A DNA stretch of 64,000 nucleotides from Eledone cirrhosa (lineage: Eukaryota): contig OZ024742.1 in the NCBI GenBank assembly GCA_964016885.1, positions 34,968,001 through 35,032,000 of the forward strand. Direction: 5' to 3'. The notes under the pieces are model-generated. The model was not told the DNA's origin and made no database searches. It worked only from the letters and a program-made list of their open reading frames with translations. The position numbers were made by a program, and so were the translations under genes. This document shows, piece by piece, positions 1 through 12,341 of the stretch (position 1 is its first letter; each line of letters begins with the position of its first letter).

Positions 1-233
1 GACCTGACATTTGCTGTTTTCCCTGCAAATATCCCAGCACACTTCTTGGAGCCAATGAGGTTATTTATTTGATTTTTACAGATGTTTTATGAATGATTAT
101 GTATATATTTATTAATGTTATGTGTGTATATATATATATATATATATGAATGTATATACAGTGTATTTTGCAATACACTGTATGCTTAATTAAAATCATT
201 TCGAAGACCTTACGCTATTGTTTTAGAGTAGTG

Positions 234-326
234 ACAGTCTCACTTACTTTAAATTTTCAGCAAACAGGGGGCCCACCAATTCTAATATATATACACACAT
301 ACACACATATATATACATACATACAC

Positions 327-410
<84 letters not shown>

Positions 411-525
411 ATGTATGTATATATATGTGTGTATGTGTGTATGTATGTGTGTGTGTATACTTACATATTTATATTAGAATTGGTGGGCCCCCTGTTTGCT
501 GAAAATTTAAAGTAAGTGAGACTGT
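234..525. repeat. Inverted repeat (~55-bp unique arms) enclosing a roughly mirror-symmetric CA/TA/TG microsatellite
   Basis: acagtctcacttactttaaattttcagcaaacagggggcccaccaattctaata (234-286) recurs as its reverse complement at ~472-525. Confidence 0.85.
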
Positions 526-581
526 ATACACACACACATACATACACACATACACACATACACACATATATATACATACAT

Positions 582-649
<68 letters not shown>

Positions 650-1234
650 ATACTTACACGCACTACATATATATATATCTATATTATTTTGTGTTTGTTT
701 CGCGATATTCTTTATCTGAATCATAATGTTGAAATAGATAATGTATTTTGGGAGGGTCATACTGCCAATAAAAATCACAAACATTGTTTGCGATACATTT
801 TCTTATTAATCAAACTGCCATATGTGTAATGACATTGATTGGTTAATAAAGAAGTGAACTTCTAACGGTGCATAAGATTTTCATCGGGAGAATGACACTC
901 GTGCTAGAAGATACAATGGCATATAAAAGTCTACATAAATCACATTCATCTAAAATAAATAAGGCAGTACATAATCCGACAACACTTCACATTCTGATGA
1001 TGAGACTGTGAAAGTCTAGAAAGATTGACAGACACATTTACACATACACATATATAAATATGCATACATAGGTATGCTTGTAAATATATATATATATATA
1101 TATATGCAAAGTTTTATTTAAATTGTTGGGTTACAACGAGTAAATATTTATAAATGATATAAAAGCACTCAACAAGTATTTGGAGTATATTTACGATATT
1201 AAATAAATGGAAACTATATTTATAAAACCATATT

Positions 1235-1300
1235 TATTTCACTATATATATTTCAGGGATATCATATTAAAAATATGGTATGCCTTCTTCAGACAAAATA
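1235..1300 (-). ncRNA. Type I hammerhead ribozyme (mirror copy of 4332-4397)
   Basis: Reverse complement of the 4332-4397 motif. Confidence 0.75.
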
Positions 1301-4300
1301 CAATATAAACAGTCTTATAAATAGATAGATTTGACATACCTTACAACTTCAACTTCCATTTAAAAAGTTGATTTGGTAGTGAAAAATGTTAGGGACAGTT
1401 ATAAAAGGAAAGAAAGAAAAAAAGCGAAGAAAAAGAAGAAATGCATGCAACTAAACAGAGAGAGATAGATATAGAGAGATAGATAGAGAGAAGAAATTCG
1501 TGTAAAGAAACAGAGAGAGATAGATAGAGAGAGAAAAAACACAGAGGGAGATAGATAGAGAGAGAGAGAGAGAAGAGAGAGAGAGAAAAAAATAGAGAGA
1601 GAGATATAGATAGAGATAGAGAGAAAGAAAATAGGTAGTTGGGCACCAGTTGAATGACGTATCAATGATATATTTATTTATTTATTTATTTATTTAGTTC
1701 TAGTATTAAGGTAGAGAGAGATATATGTGGTTCGGAGAGAAAATAGCCGTTACATAGAGAGAAAAGAAAAATATCCAGAGATAAACGAGGCAGATTTAAA
1801 ACATTATGTTTCATCAATGTAAAAATATCAATTCGTATGAATTAGGTATTATAATGTAAATATCAGTATTCATGAGTGAGACACGTATCAATAATGTGTG
1901 AAAAATAATGATCATATGTCTAGTTTAAAATTCCTAGGTTTATATCAGAATTGAGGTAAAAAACTGAGATAAAAAAAACTGAGATAAAAAACTGAGATAA
2001 AAAACTTCAAAAAAAATTGAAATACATAAGTATATATGCACTTTCATGAAAAAAGAAAAAAAGAAAAAGAAAAAGAAAATAGAAGGTTATCCCAGATTCG
2101 ATACTATAGACTTCCATGTGAATTTACGTGATCAACTCTGCAAATTCCTATTTCACATGAAAACATTCTCATTGTGCTATAAAAATTCTAGTATACATAT
2201 ATGTGTACATACACACAAATATATATAGAATCTACATTAATTTTAACAATACTATTCTTGTCTTTACTCTACATGATTATCGTTCAAGCATAAATAGACA
2301 ACAGATATCAATATATCAATAAAAATATCAAAAAATTAAAAAATATTAAAAATAAAACACAGTATGCCCCGCAAATCAACCACAGAGATCAACCCTTCAA
2401 AATTAATTGACAATATATTGCCAAGTTCATTATAAGCATCAGAATCAAAAGCAAACAAAACCAAAATTATTTACCAAATCCTGTCTAGCAGAAATCATTC
2501 CAAAAGTTTAGGATACCCATTTGATCTACAGATGGTCTTATATTTATTATAGAAGTTTATCTAGTGTAAAATTTATTCGATATATTTGGAGCATCAGCTT
2601 TTAGGGTAGTTTAATTATTCATGAAGAATGTTTAAAAAAAAAAAAAAGAAATCGAAAGATTTATCGGCGAGTTTCATAAATCATAAGTAAATATACTACA
2701 TTTTAAGCCTGATAGGCTTACTCTGGCAACTTAAGCATGATAACGTTGGATATTCAACGGCTTGGAATATAGTCTCAAGAGGGATTCCTTTTAATTCATC
2801 TTCTGAGACATGTGACCTCTGCGCGGAGGAGATATTCTTTATACTAAAATCTAAAAATTCCCTTAATTTACGGACAAATTTATTCAGTTGCTGCAGACAT
2901 AGATTGAACTAAACTTTTAAATATAAATATAAATTTAAAATGTAGTATATTTACTTATGATTTATAATTATTTATGAAACTCGCCGATAAATCTTTCGAT
3001 TTCTTTTTTTTTTTTTTAAACATTCTTCATGAATAATTAAACTACCCTAAAAGCTGATGCTCCAAATATATCGAATAAATTTTACACTAGATAAACTTCT
3101 ATAATAAATATAAGACCATCTGTAGATCAAATTGGTATCCTAAACTTTTGGAATGATTTCTGCTAGACAGGATTTGGTAAATAATTTTGGTTTTGTTTGC
3201 TTTTGATTCTGATGCTTATAATGAACTTGGCAATATATTGTCAATTAATTTTGAAGGGTTGATCTCTGTGGTTGATTTGCGGGGCATACTGTGTTTTATT
3301 TTTAATTATTTTTTAATTTTTTGATATTTTTATTGATATATTGATATCTATTGTCTATTTATGCTTGAACGATAATCATGTAGAGTAAAGACAAGAATAG
3401 TATTGTTAAAATTAATGTAGATTCTATATATATTTGTGTGTATGTACACATATATGTATACTAGAATTTTTATAGCACAATGAGAATGTTTTCATGTGAA
3501 ATAGGAATTTGCAGAGTTGATCACGTAAATTCACATGGAAGTCTATAGTATCGAATCTGGGATAACCTTCTATTTTCTTTTTCTTTTTCTTTTTTTCTTT
3601 TTTTCTTTTTTCATGAAAGTGCATATATACTTATGTATTTCAATTTTTTTTGAAGTTTTTTATCTCAGTTTTTTACCTCAATTCTGATATAAACCTAGGA
3701 ATTTTAAACTAGACATATGATCATTATTTTTCACACATTATTGATACGTGTCTCACTCATGAATACTGATATTTACATTATAATACCTAATTCATACGAA
3801 TTGATATTTTTACATTGATGAAACATAATGTTTTAAATCTGCCTCGTTTATCTCTGGATATTTTTCTTTTCTCTCTATGTAACGGCTGTTTTCTCTCCGA
3901 ACCACATATATCTCTCTCTACCTTAATACTAGAACTAAATAAATAAATAAATAAATAAATATATCATTGATACGTCATTCAACTGGTGCCCAACTACCTA
4001 TTTTCTTTCTCTCTATCTCTATCTATATCTCTCTCTCTCTATTTTTTTTTCTCTCTCTTCTCTCTCTCTCTCTCTATCTATCTCCCTCTATGTTTTTTCT
4101 CTCTCTATCTATCTCTCTCTGTTTCTTTACACGAATTTCTTCTCTCTATCTATCTCTCTATATCTATCTCTCTCTGTTTAGTTGCATGCATTTCTTCTTT
4201 TTCTTCGCTTTTTTTCTTTCTTTCTTTTTATAACTGTCCCTAACATTTTTCACTACCAAATCAACTTTTTAAATGGAAGTTGAAGTTGTAAGGTATGTCA

Positions 4301-4331
4301 AATCTATCTATTTATAAGACTGTTTATATTG

Positions 4332-4397
4332 TATTTTGTCTGAAGAAGGCATACCATATTTTTAATATGATATCCCTGAAATATATATAGTGAAATA
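4332..4397 (+). ncRNA. Type I hammerhead ribozyme in PLE pseudo-LTR
   Basis: tattttgt-CTGAAGA-agg..cct (stem II)-GAAA-tatata-TA-gtgaaata; stem I pairs with G-U; palindromic stem III. Confidence 0.75.
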
Positions 4398-4852
4398 AAT
4401 ATGGTTTTATAAATATAGTTTCCATTTATTTAATATCGTATATATATATATATGTGTGTGGGGGGGGGCGTGCGCTTGTGTGTGTGTGTGCGCGCGTGTG
4501 TGCGCGTGTGTGTGTGTGCGCGCGTGTGTGTGTGCGTGTGTGTTTATGTATGTTATACGTATTTTTCCGGTCGTCTATTATTACAGATCTGTTTGTGTGC
4601 TGCTCGTAAACACACACGCACAAACACACACACACGCCCACACACCACACAGCACAGACGTTTAGACACACACACACATACACACACACACACACACACA
4701 AAGACACACACACACACACACAAACACACACACGCACATATATATAGTTTCCACAGTATAGGATGCTTCATAATTTTCCTTTCGTTTGGATAGTCACACA
4801 CATATAAACATATATATGTGTGCGTGTGTGTGCGTATGTGTGTCTATGTGTT

Positions 4853-4980
<128 letters not shown>

Positions 4981-5012
4981 CAAACACATAGACACACACA
5001 CGCACACACACG

Positions 5013-5071
<59 letters not shown>

Positions 5072-5134
5072 AAAAGAATGATTCGAAATTTCATTTCTCA
5101 CTCTTAGTACGGCTGATACTTAAATATAAGTATG

Positions 5135-5631
5135 TATACGTACATACATGTATATATACAGACGTACAGTAGTATGTATATATATATACATACATGCACA
5201 CATATATATATGTACGTATGGGTTTTTTACCGAACATTTATTATAATGTTCGGTTTGTTTGTAAACAAACAGCCCGAATTACGGCTGAGCAGCCTAATTT
5301 GCATATCGAGTGAGTTAGCCGGCCGGGCGTACCGTTAATATGCATAAGGAAAGTATATACTTTCAAACGTTCAATCATCTGACAGGAAGGTATACGTTGC
5401 TGACGATAACTAATAAGCTTGAAACTAGTTCATCGCTCCTTTGACAGTACTGGACAAAAGGGCAACGATGGTTGCCGAACACTGTACGGCAAATTCAGGC
5501 TGTTTGTTTACAAACAAACAAACCGAATATTATAATAAATGTTCGGTAAACCCATACGTACAGATATATATGTGTGCATGTATGTATATATATACATACT
5601 ACTGTACGTCTGTATACATATACGTATGTAC

Positions 5632-5636
<5 letters not shown>
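5135..5636. mobile_element. Fold-back element, ~145-bp inverted arms, with a degenerate hammerhead motif (5395-5435) in the spacer
   Basis: Arms ~5135-5280 / ~5492-5636; cgttg-CTGACGA-taactaataagctt-GAAA-ctag-TT-catcg. Confidence 0.65.
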
Positions 5637-5718
<82 letters not shown>

Positions 5719-5720
5719 CT

Positions 5721-5825
<105 letters not shown>

Positions 5826-5856
5826 GATATTTTTAAATGTTTTTAAATGCTTTTAA

Positions 5857-6269
5857 AAAATGTTTTTAATTAAACATACAGTATATTGCCAAATATACTG
5901 TACAATACTATACATAGATTCATGTATACATTGCTATTTCAGAGCACCAATACAGAGCACCTAATTTTTGCTGGACCGGCAATCGCTCTGTATAATCAGT
6001 TCCTGATTGTTACTGGAATTCTATAAGAATCCAGCTTCTATAATTTTCGGCGGAAGCAGGGAGTGCGTGACTCTGATGATCGCCAAACACCGTGAAACAG
6101 ACTGTCAGCTTCTCTCCCTTCTTTCGCCGAAAAGAAGTAAGTCACATAGTCACTACTTTAAAACCGATAGCGTATGGTCTTCAAAATGTTTTTAATTGAA
6201 CATACTGTATATTGCCAAATATACTATACATACATTCATGTATACATCGCTATTTCGGAGCACCAATCC
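5857..6269 (+). repeat. ~326-bp partial tandem unit (direct repeats 5857-5952 / 6183-6269) containing a hammerhead motif at 6069-6110
   Basis: aaaatgtttttaatt..catac.gtatattgccaaatatact...gagcaccaat occurs twice; gact-CTGATGA-tcg..cgt-GAAA-cagactg-TC-agct lies between. Confidence 0.6.
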
Positions 6270-6537
6270 TAATATATATAAATATATATATATATATAGG
6301 CGAACCATAATAAGCTTATTGACAGAAAAAATAATGCCTATTACTTTTGAAGTGAAGCTTATTATCACTCTGTTTTTTTATTTACATTTCTGAATAGTAA
6401 GGTAACTATGACTCACCATGTACATTCTTATATATGCGCGAGTGTGTTTTTGCATCTAGATATTTGTATATGTACTTGTTTAACGAAAAAAAAAAAAAGA
6501 AACGTTACTATAATTATATCTATTTTTCAAATTTCAG

Positions 6538-7701
6538 AAGAAATCTCGTGTCGATCCAGCAAGTATAACGATCTCGGCTGATGTACAATACAGAAAATAT
6601 CACATCGAGAAACTGTGCAAGCAGAATTTCACTCGTTACAACGGTTACAGAAACGAAACCTATCTGAAAAACTCAGTTTTCAGCGACAAGTACAAATTTG
6701 TTATGTGTCTTGTGGCCAAGAACGGTTGCACTTTTTTCAAACGTCTCTTCCATTATCTTAGCGGTTTGAAAAATATTTCCTCTCCATTCAATATAACGTT
6801 AAGCGGGGCTCATGCTGTGCCACAGAACAAAACCGATCATTTAAACAAGACACAATTGGAAAAAGTCCTTCGAGAATACCAACTCGCTTTATTTGTTCGC
6901 AATCCTTACAAACGTATTTTCTCGGGTTATGTCGATAAAATTTTCTCGCGTTACGACTACTGGAGTGGTTACAGTAAGCGTATGATTAAAAACCACAGAC
7001 CTTCAGCTTCAAGCAAAGCATTGGAATGTGGTACAGATGCGACCCTTACCGACCTAATAAGGTTTATGGTGTGGGAGCTTTCGAAAGGTCATTACCTGAA
7101 TGATCATTTTATGCCAATCTACCACCAATGTAATCCGTGTTCAGTGAAGTACGATTTCATTGGAACGCTAGAAACCTTCAAAACTGATGCAAAATATCTA
7201 TTCGAGAAACTACATATAGACTACCATGTGTTCATAGATCAGACAGAAATGGCGGCTGTCACGGATGAACTCAAAGACGCAGCCGAAATAGTCATGCACA
7301 ATGTGAACAGAGATTTATTCAAGGAAAACCCTTGCTTCGATATACATAACTTCACACGGCGTATATGGCGTAAACTTCAAATCAAAGGACTTATTAGCAA
7401 CACATTTGATTTCCCACTGACAAAACAGCAATTACTTTCACTCAACATAACCCAGTTTCTTTCACTTTTAACAATATACAACCACAAATCCTCCACGGAC
7501 CCAGATCTACATAGAAATCGAAAACTTTCGTATTTGGAAGCGTTTTATTCCGTACCTCAAAAGGACTTAGAAAATCTGGCACAAATACTCAGCAGTGAAT
7601 GCGAATTATGGGGTTATCCGAACAGACCAGAAGTTATATTTAACCCAAAAAAACGAATCGCAACCGGCTCTTTCAATTATTTTAATTTTGATGATGTCTA
7701 A
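6538..7701 (+). CDS. Carbohydrate sulfotransferase (Sulfotransfer_2, CHST8-14/CHST11-like), terminal catalytic exon, paralog 1
   Basis: Acceptor atttcAG at 6537, open in frame to TAA 7701. 5'-PSB-like CLVAKNGCTFFK, 3'-PB FVRNPYKRIFSGYVDK, and HFMPIYHQCNPCSVKYDFIGTLETFKTD motif. Upstream transmembrane exon not identified. Confidence 0.9.
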   Translation, partial: KKSRVDPASITISADVQYRKYHIEKLCKQNFTRYNGYRNETYLKNSVFSDKYKFVMCLVAKNGCTFFKRLFHYLSGLKNISSPFNITLSGAHAVPQNKTDHLNKTQLEKVLREYQLALFVRNPYKRIFSGYVDKIFSRYDYWSGYSKRMIKNHRPSASSKALECGTDATLTDLIRFMVWELSKGHYLNDHFMPIYHQCNPCSVKYDFIGTLETFKTDAKYLFEKLHIDYHVFIDQTEMAAVTDELKDAAEIVMHNVNRDLFKENPCFDIHNFTRRIWRKLQIKGLISNTFDFPLTKQQLLSLNITQFLSLLTIYNHKSSTDPDLHRNRKLSYLEAFYSVPQKDLENLAQILSSECELWGYPNRPEVIFNPKKRIATGSFNYFNFDDV

Positions 7702-7726
7702 GAATACATTCATGCTTACATACATG

Positions 7727-7800
<74 letters not shown>

Positions 7801-7828
7801 TACATACATACATACATACATACATACA

Positions 7829-7858
<30 letters not shown>

Positions 7859-7859
<1 letters not shown>

Positions 7860-8355
7860 GCACAGTAGTGGAAGTTAGCTGCCCAGCAGATGCCAATATA
7901 ATATCAAAGATTAGTGAAAAGGAGAATATTTATGCAGAACTGATGAGAAACCTGCAGATACTCCACCCTGATTACACCTTCAAATTTATGCCTGTGATTA
8001 TTGGGGCACTGGGGTATGTTAGTAACTGGTTCAATACAAATCTTGAGAAGCTAGGCTTCACAGGAACAGAAAGAACACAACTAGTTAGGAAACTACAAGT
8101 ACAATCCATTAATGGAACAGTAAAAATATGTAAAAGATTCCAAAATGTTTGCATCTAATAACTGCATACACACATGCACACATACAACTCAAAACATACA
8201 CATCTACACATCCAATAACATCCATATCTACACATGCATGCATACATACATATCTACCTAGTTGATGTTGTGTAAATTCCAATGAGAGAGTCTTGCGTCT
8301 ATGTTAGAAACCGACTCTCTCTCTATAGGTAAACATTTGTGAAATTATAAAACCA
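7859..8355 (+). mobile_element. R4/Dong-like (RLE) non-LTR retrotransposon, 3' fragment in (TACA)n
   Basis: CTVVEVSCP...KENIYAELMRNLQ...PVIIGALG; closely similar to 43219-43735. Confidence 0.85.
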
Positions 8356-8395
8356 TACATACATACATACATACATACATACATACATACATACA

Positions 8396-8493
8396 TGATG
8401 GCTGCCCCCGCGTTATCGAGTATGGCCATTGCACAAAAAAACACCATAATAACGACAATAATAATAATAACAATAATAAAAAAAATAATAATA

Positions 8494-8558
<65 letters not shown>

Positions 8559-9312
8559 AACAATTAACATTGCTGCGATCGATGTGGCTTTTTAGCCCAG
8601 CCAATGATCTAAAATGTCTTGCACAGAGTCGGCAACCAAAACATTCACTGGAAATAGCCGGCTGTGGTTGGAGTTCGTGTACTTTTGCATGTCCTTTGAG
8701 CCCTCCTGCTGATTTACACTCTCTACCACATGCTTGGCAACTATGATGATTAACATCTCCAACAGCAGCCTGGTAGTCAACCACTGGTCTCACTTTATGA
8801 CTTTTGAGTCCAGCTTTGCTTAGGCAGAGTCTCGCACAGACGCTGCATGTCAGCGCCATAGGAGGACCTTTGCTGTCTGGAAATGCAACAGCAATGCCCT
8901 TCCTCACATCCCTCTTTACTTTCTGTTATGCGATTCGAGATGCCACAAAGGCTAATTTCCCCTCATATACAGTCTCTCTCCATTTATTACGATCAGCAGC
9001 AATATTTTCCCATGTATCAGCAGAGATGTTAGCGTCTTTCAAAGAGGCTTTCACGGAGTCCTTATACCTCTTTTTTGGTTTATGTGGAGGTCGTTTTCCT
9101 TTAACTAACTCTCCATAAAAGAGTTGTTTTGGTATTCTATAATCCTTCATCCTAGCAAGGTGACCACTCCAACGGAGTCTTTACTTAAGCACAAGAGCTT
9201 CTATACTGTCACACAGGGAGCTTTCCAAAATCTTTGATGTGGTCCCTCGAGTGAACGCCATGGATCCGTCTGAGACACATCTGACGGAAACGCTCCAATT
9301 GCTTAAAATGGT
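8396..9312 (-). mobile_element. RTE-clade LINE 3' fragment (degenerate)
   Basis: RMKDYRIPKQLFYGELVKGKRPPHKPKKRYKD plus C2H2 fingers; homologous to 43826-44772. Confidence 0.85.
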
Positions 9313-9339
9313 GAAAAAAGAGAACATCTATGGTGAAAT

Positions 9340-9648
9340 AATTGCTTCTATTTTTGGCACAAGACCAGCAATTTGAACTCAGAACGTAAAGGGCCATAAC
9401 TCTATGCTGTAAAGCATAGTGTCTGACGCTCTACTGATACTACCAATCCACTGCCTATAGCGAAATAATTGTTTCTACTTTTGGCACAATTACCAGTGCA
9501 TTACTGGTACTTTATTTTATTGATCCCGTAAGGATGAAAGGCAAAATTAACCTCAGTGGGATTTGAACTCAGAATGACAAGGGCCATAACTCTATGCTGC
9601 AAAGCATGGCGTCCGACCCTCTACCGATACTGCCAATCCACTGCCTAT
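9340..9648 (-). mobile_element. Two adjacent copies of a tRNA-derived SINE
   Basis: tttgaactcagaa (B box on -), ggatgaaaggcaaa core in the second copy; same family as 62982-63171. Confidence 0.75.
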
Positions 9649-10152
9649 GGTGAAGAAATAATGTTGAACTTACAGCTCTTGTATCCTGGCTATAGATTCC
9701 CATTTGCGTCTATTAACGTACGTGCACTGGATTATCTAAAAGCAGATTTATATCAAGATTACAAATGTTGGGGCATTTTCCAAGAAGGAACCAAAGAATT
9801 GTACTCGCAACTTCAAATCCAATACATTGGTAAAGTTTGTAAAATATTCTCAATATTTGAAATATATATAATGATTGTATACAGTTATCCCGCCTCTTAC
9901 ATGGTTTTAGATAGTGCAGTTTTCAACATACGTGGCTGTTAAATGTTAAAAAGAAATTCTCCAAGCTTGAAAACCTCTGGTTCACCTCTTCTGCTACCAT
10001 TCTGCAGCCGTGCAGCCCTCATATGTGAATGTCCATATTATAAGCGATTCATGCGGCATGGATGTGGACATGCAGGCACCTATGCGTATGCATATGGAAT
10101 TGTGTGTATATGTGCATGTGTCGCATGTTTTTCTATTAACATTGCAAGGGAT

Positions 10153-10219
10153 CTGACGAGCCGCGGATTACAGAGTCGAGTCAAATCGAACCTTGAGCTG
10201 ATCAGTGGCGAAACGCGCC
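10153..10219 (+). ncRNA. Degenerate hammerhead motif
   Basis: CTGACGA-gccgc...gtggc-GAAA-cgcg-CC; cleavage-site U changed to C and stem I poor. Confidence 0.5.
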
Positions 10220-10369
10220 AATAAACGTAATGAAGGAGTAACCAATCGTCCTTGTTATCTTATTTCACTATAATACACTCTGTCTAGCTCTACACCTCGA
10301 CACTGAAATGAACCTAAACATCGAGTGCCCACCCGGGTGAACCTACAGTAACTCCAAGTTATACTCCCT

Positions 10370-10450
<81 letters not shown>

Positions 10451-10465
10451 TAGATATATATATAT

Positions 10466-10505
<40 letters not shown>

Positions 10506-10536
10506 AGAACAAAAGATGGTTAAAAGAGTTCCATGT

Positions 10537-10605
10537 ATTTTATTATGCGCATTTCAAAAACAAATATCATCATGCAATAATATTTGTGTTTTCATCAGAT
10601 AAAAC
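10537..10605 (-). ncRNA. Intact type I hammerhead ribozyme in a ~240-bp element flanked by (TA)n
   Basis: Minus strand gttttat-CTGATGA-aaacacaaatattatt gcat gatgatatttgttttt-GAAA-tgcgca-TA-ataaaat. Confidence 0.8.
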
Positions 10606-10741
10606 AGGAAGACATGATATGAAGGTTAAAAAACACTTGTGGATAGTGCAGTTTTAAATCAACATATAATCAACATACAAACTGTAGAGTGCTTATCCGA
10701 TATCTGCATTGCTTTATTGTACTACAATAAAACTCACCACC

Positions 10742-10806
<65 letters not shown>

Positions 10807-10808
<2 letters not shown>

Positions 10809-11616
10809 TAATCTATAAAGCTCAGTGTGTGGTCATGCTGCTTCGTTATAGAAATCTACGATATAGAATTTCTTCAATTGAAATTTACAATTCAGTATTC
10901 GAAATAGTTTCGATTGCGTCTTGACGCAGATAATTTTTTCAATTTCACCCACAATTACGCAAAAAATAGATAAAACTCAATATTTTACGATTTTTATCTC
11001 ATTTAAACTGCTGAACTCTTTCTACTACCATTCAAAATCTATACAACTTCATACTTTCTGCTACTTTCTCTTTCCAAGCTTGATGGTGATACTGTCCGTT
11101 CACACCACTCCCTACTGTCTTAAATTTAGAAAACACATATCCTCTATGAGGTTACTAAACCTGCTAGAAACAGCAGCTAACTCTCCCCCATATCACACCA
11201 CTCCCTACTGTCTTAAATTTAGAAAACACATATCCTCTATGAGGTCACTAAACCTGCTAGAAACAACAGCTAACTCTCCCTCATATCACAACCCTCCCTA
11301 CTGTCTTAAATTTAGAAAACACACAGACAACCATGCAGAACAACTCCATCGCAGCTCTGTTGTTCGGCTGGCATCGTCTACGCGCGTGTTGCGCAAGTAC
11401 TGTGAAACAATAAATTTCAACACTTCTTTGCACAGAGATAATATCCATAGGCGAAACTACAATTGTCACTGCTGGCGCAGCTCCTGCTTCGGCAGTCCAG
11501 GTCTGCAATTCATTCACCCAGTGCCTGGCAGACAAAAACGTGCTTCCATAAAATGGGTGGTGCAACCTAACTTTGGTAACTTAATGACACCGAGCAACGC
11601 CGGGCTTTAATGCTAG
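10807..11616 (+). mobile_element. Non-autonomous Helitron-like element with internal ~93-bp tandem repeats (~11100-11322)
   Basis: 3' end ccgagcaacgccggg hairpin followed by CTAG|t; TC-like start next to (TA)n; ~2.4 copies of caccactccctactgtcttaaatttagaaaacac... Confidence 0.6.
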
Positions 11617-11762
11617 TATATATATATATAAATGTAATCTGAGTGTTTCGAATATTAATAATAACACTCGATTCGTTTGCAATTATGCAAACAAGCCTCA
11701 TTTTTAAAGCCATGTCAGTAGAATGAACACTTCATTCTTGCTCTTGTGTTGGCATGTAAACA

Positions 11763-11812
11763 GAACTGCAGACACTAATGTTTCTAAGTATCACTCTTCA
11801 TCAGTACAGCTC
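11763..11812 (-). ncRNA. Intact type I hammerhead ribozyme
   Basis: Minus strand gagctgta-CTGATGA-agagt gat actta-GAAA-cattagtg-TC-tgcagttc; 8-bp stem I with G-U pairs. Confidence 0.8.
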
Positions 11813-11912
11813 ACTGTTCACCTGCCATCTGTCAGAGCTGGTGAAAATATATGCTATTTTCCAAAATATATAGTGACTGATCAGCCTGATTTGCATATTA
11901 GCAGATCCACTG

Positions 11913-12199
11913 TGTTACATAAGAGATTTATTGCTCAATCCCGATTACAATTGTTTCACAAGCAGCTGGCTCGTGATCCAGGTTGACGTTTCAGACCAGA
12001 TACCAAAACTGTCTGATCCTCAGACCAGTGTTAACACAACAAAAACTACATCGGTTGTTTTTTTTGGGGGGAGGGGTGATAACACTGGTCTAAGGATCAG
12101 GAAGTTTGGAATCTGGTCTGGAACATCAACCTGGATCACAAGCCATCTGTTTGTGAAACATCTGTAACCAGGATTGGGCAATAAATCTCTTATTTAACA
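11913..12199. repeat. Diverged inverted repeat, ~125-bp arms
   Basis: 11913-12037 vs 12076-12199 (e.g. gtgatccaggttga / tcaacctggatcac). Confidence 0.8.
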
Positions 12200-12341
12200 T
12201 CTCCACTTTGTTCTTATTATATACACTCTGCTCTGCATTGAGTGCTAACTTTGCTACTCTCACCAGTTTTCTTCGGACTTACTGAACATTCTTTGCATAT
12301 CTCTATCTATCTAAAAGTGTAAACAAACCTTGCATTCAGTC

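Larger units (their letters stand above)
1105..4440 (+). mobile_element. Penelope-like element remnant: ~1.5-kb inverted pseudo-LTR arms (1192-2706 / 2935-4440) around a GIY-YIG C-terminal fragment
   Basis: Arms are near-identical reverse complements (mirror ORF pair 2046..2228+ / 3424..3624-). Spacer ~2710-2912 translates LWQLKHDNVGYSTAWNIVSRG...CDLCAEE...LNLRTNLFSCCRH*, matching the C-terminus of the 57803 PLE ORF. Both ends abut (TA)n. Confidence 0.85.

Noticed and set aside
150-829. Many ORFs rich in YI/HT/CV/LS repeats here and throughout the window
   Set aside because: Translations of (TA)n, (CA)n, (TC)n and (TACA)n microsatellites that lack stop codons; no protein signal
990-1035. CTGATGA..GAAA hammerhead-like motif
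   Set aside because: Stem II is plausible, but there is no UH site and no stem I pairing
10921-11610. 229-aa ORF
   Set aside because: Non-ATG start, built from 93-bp tandem repeats inside a Helitron-like element, no recognisable domain
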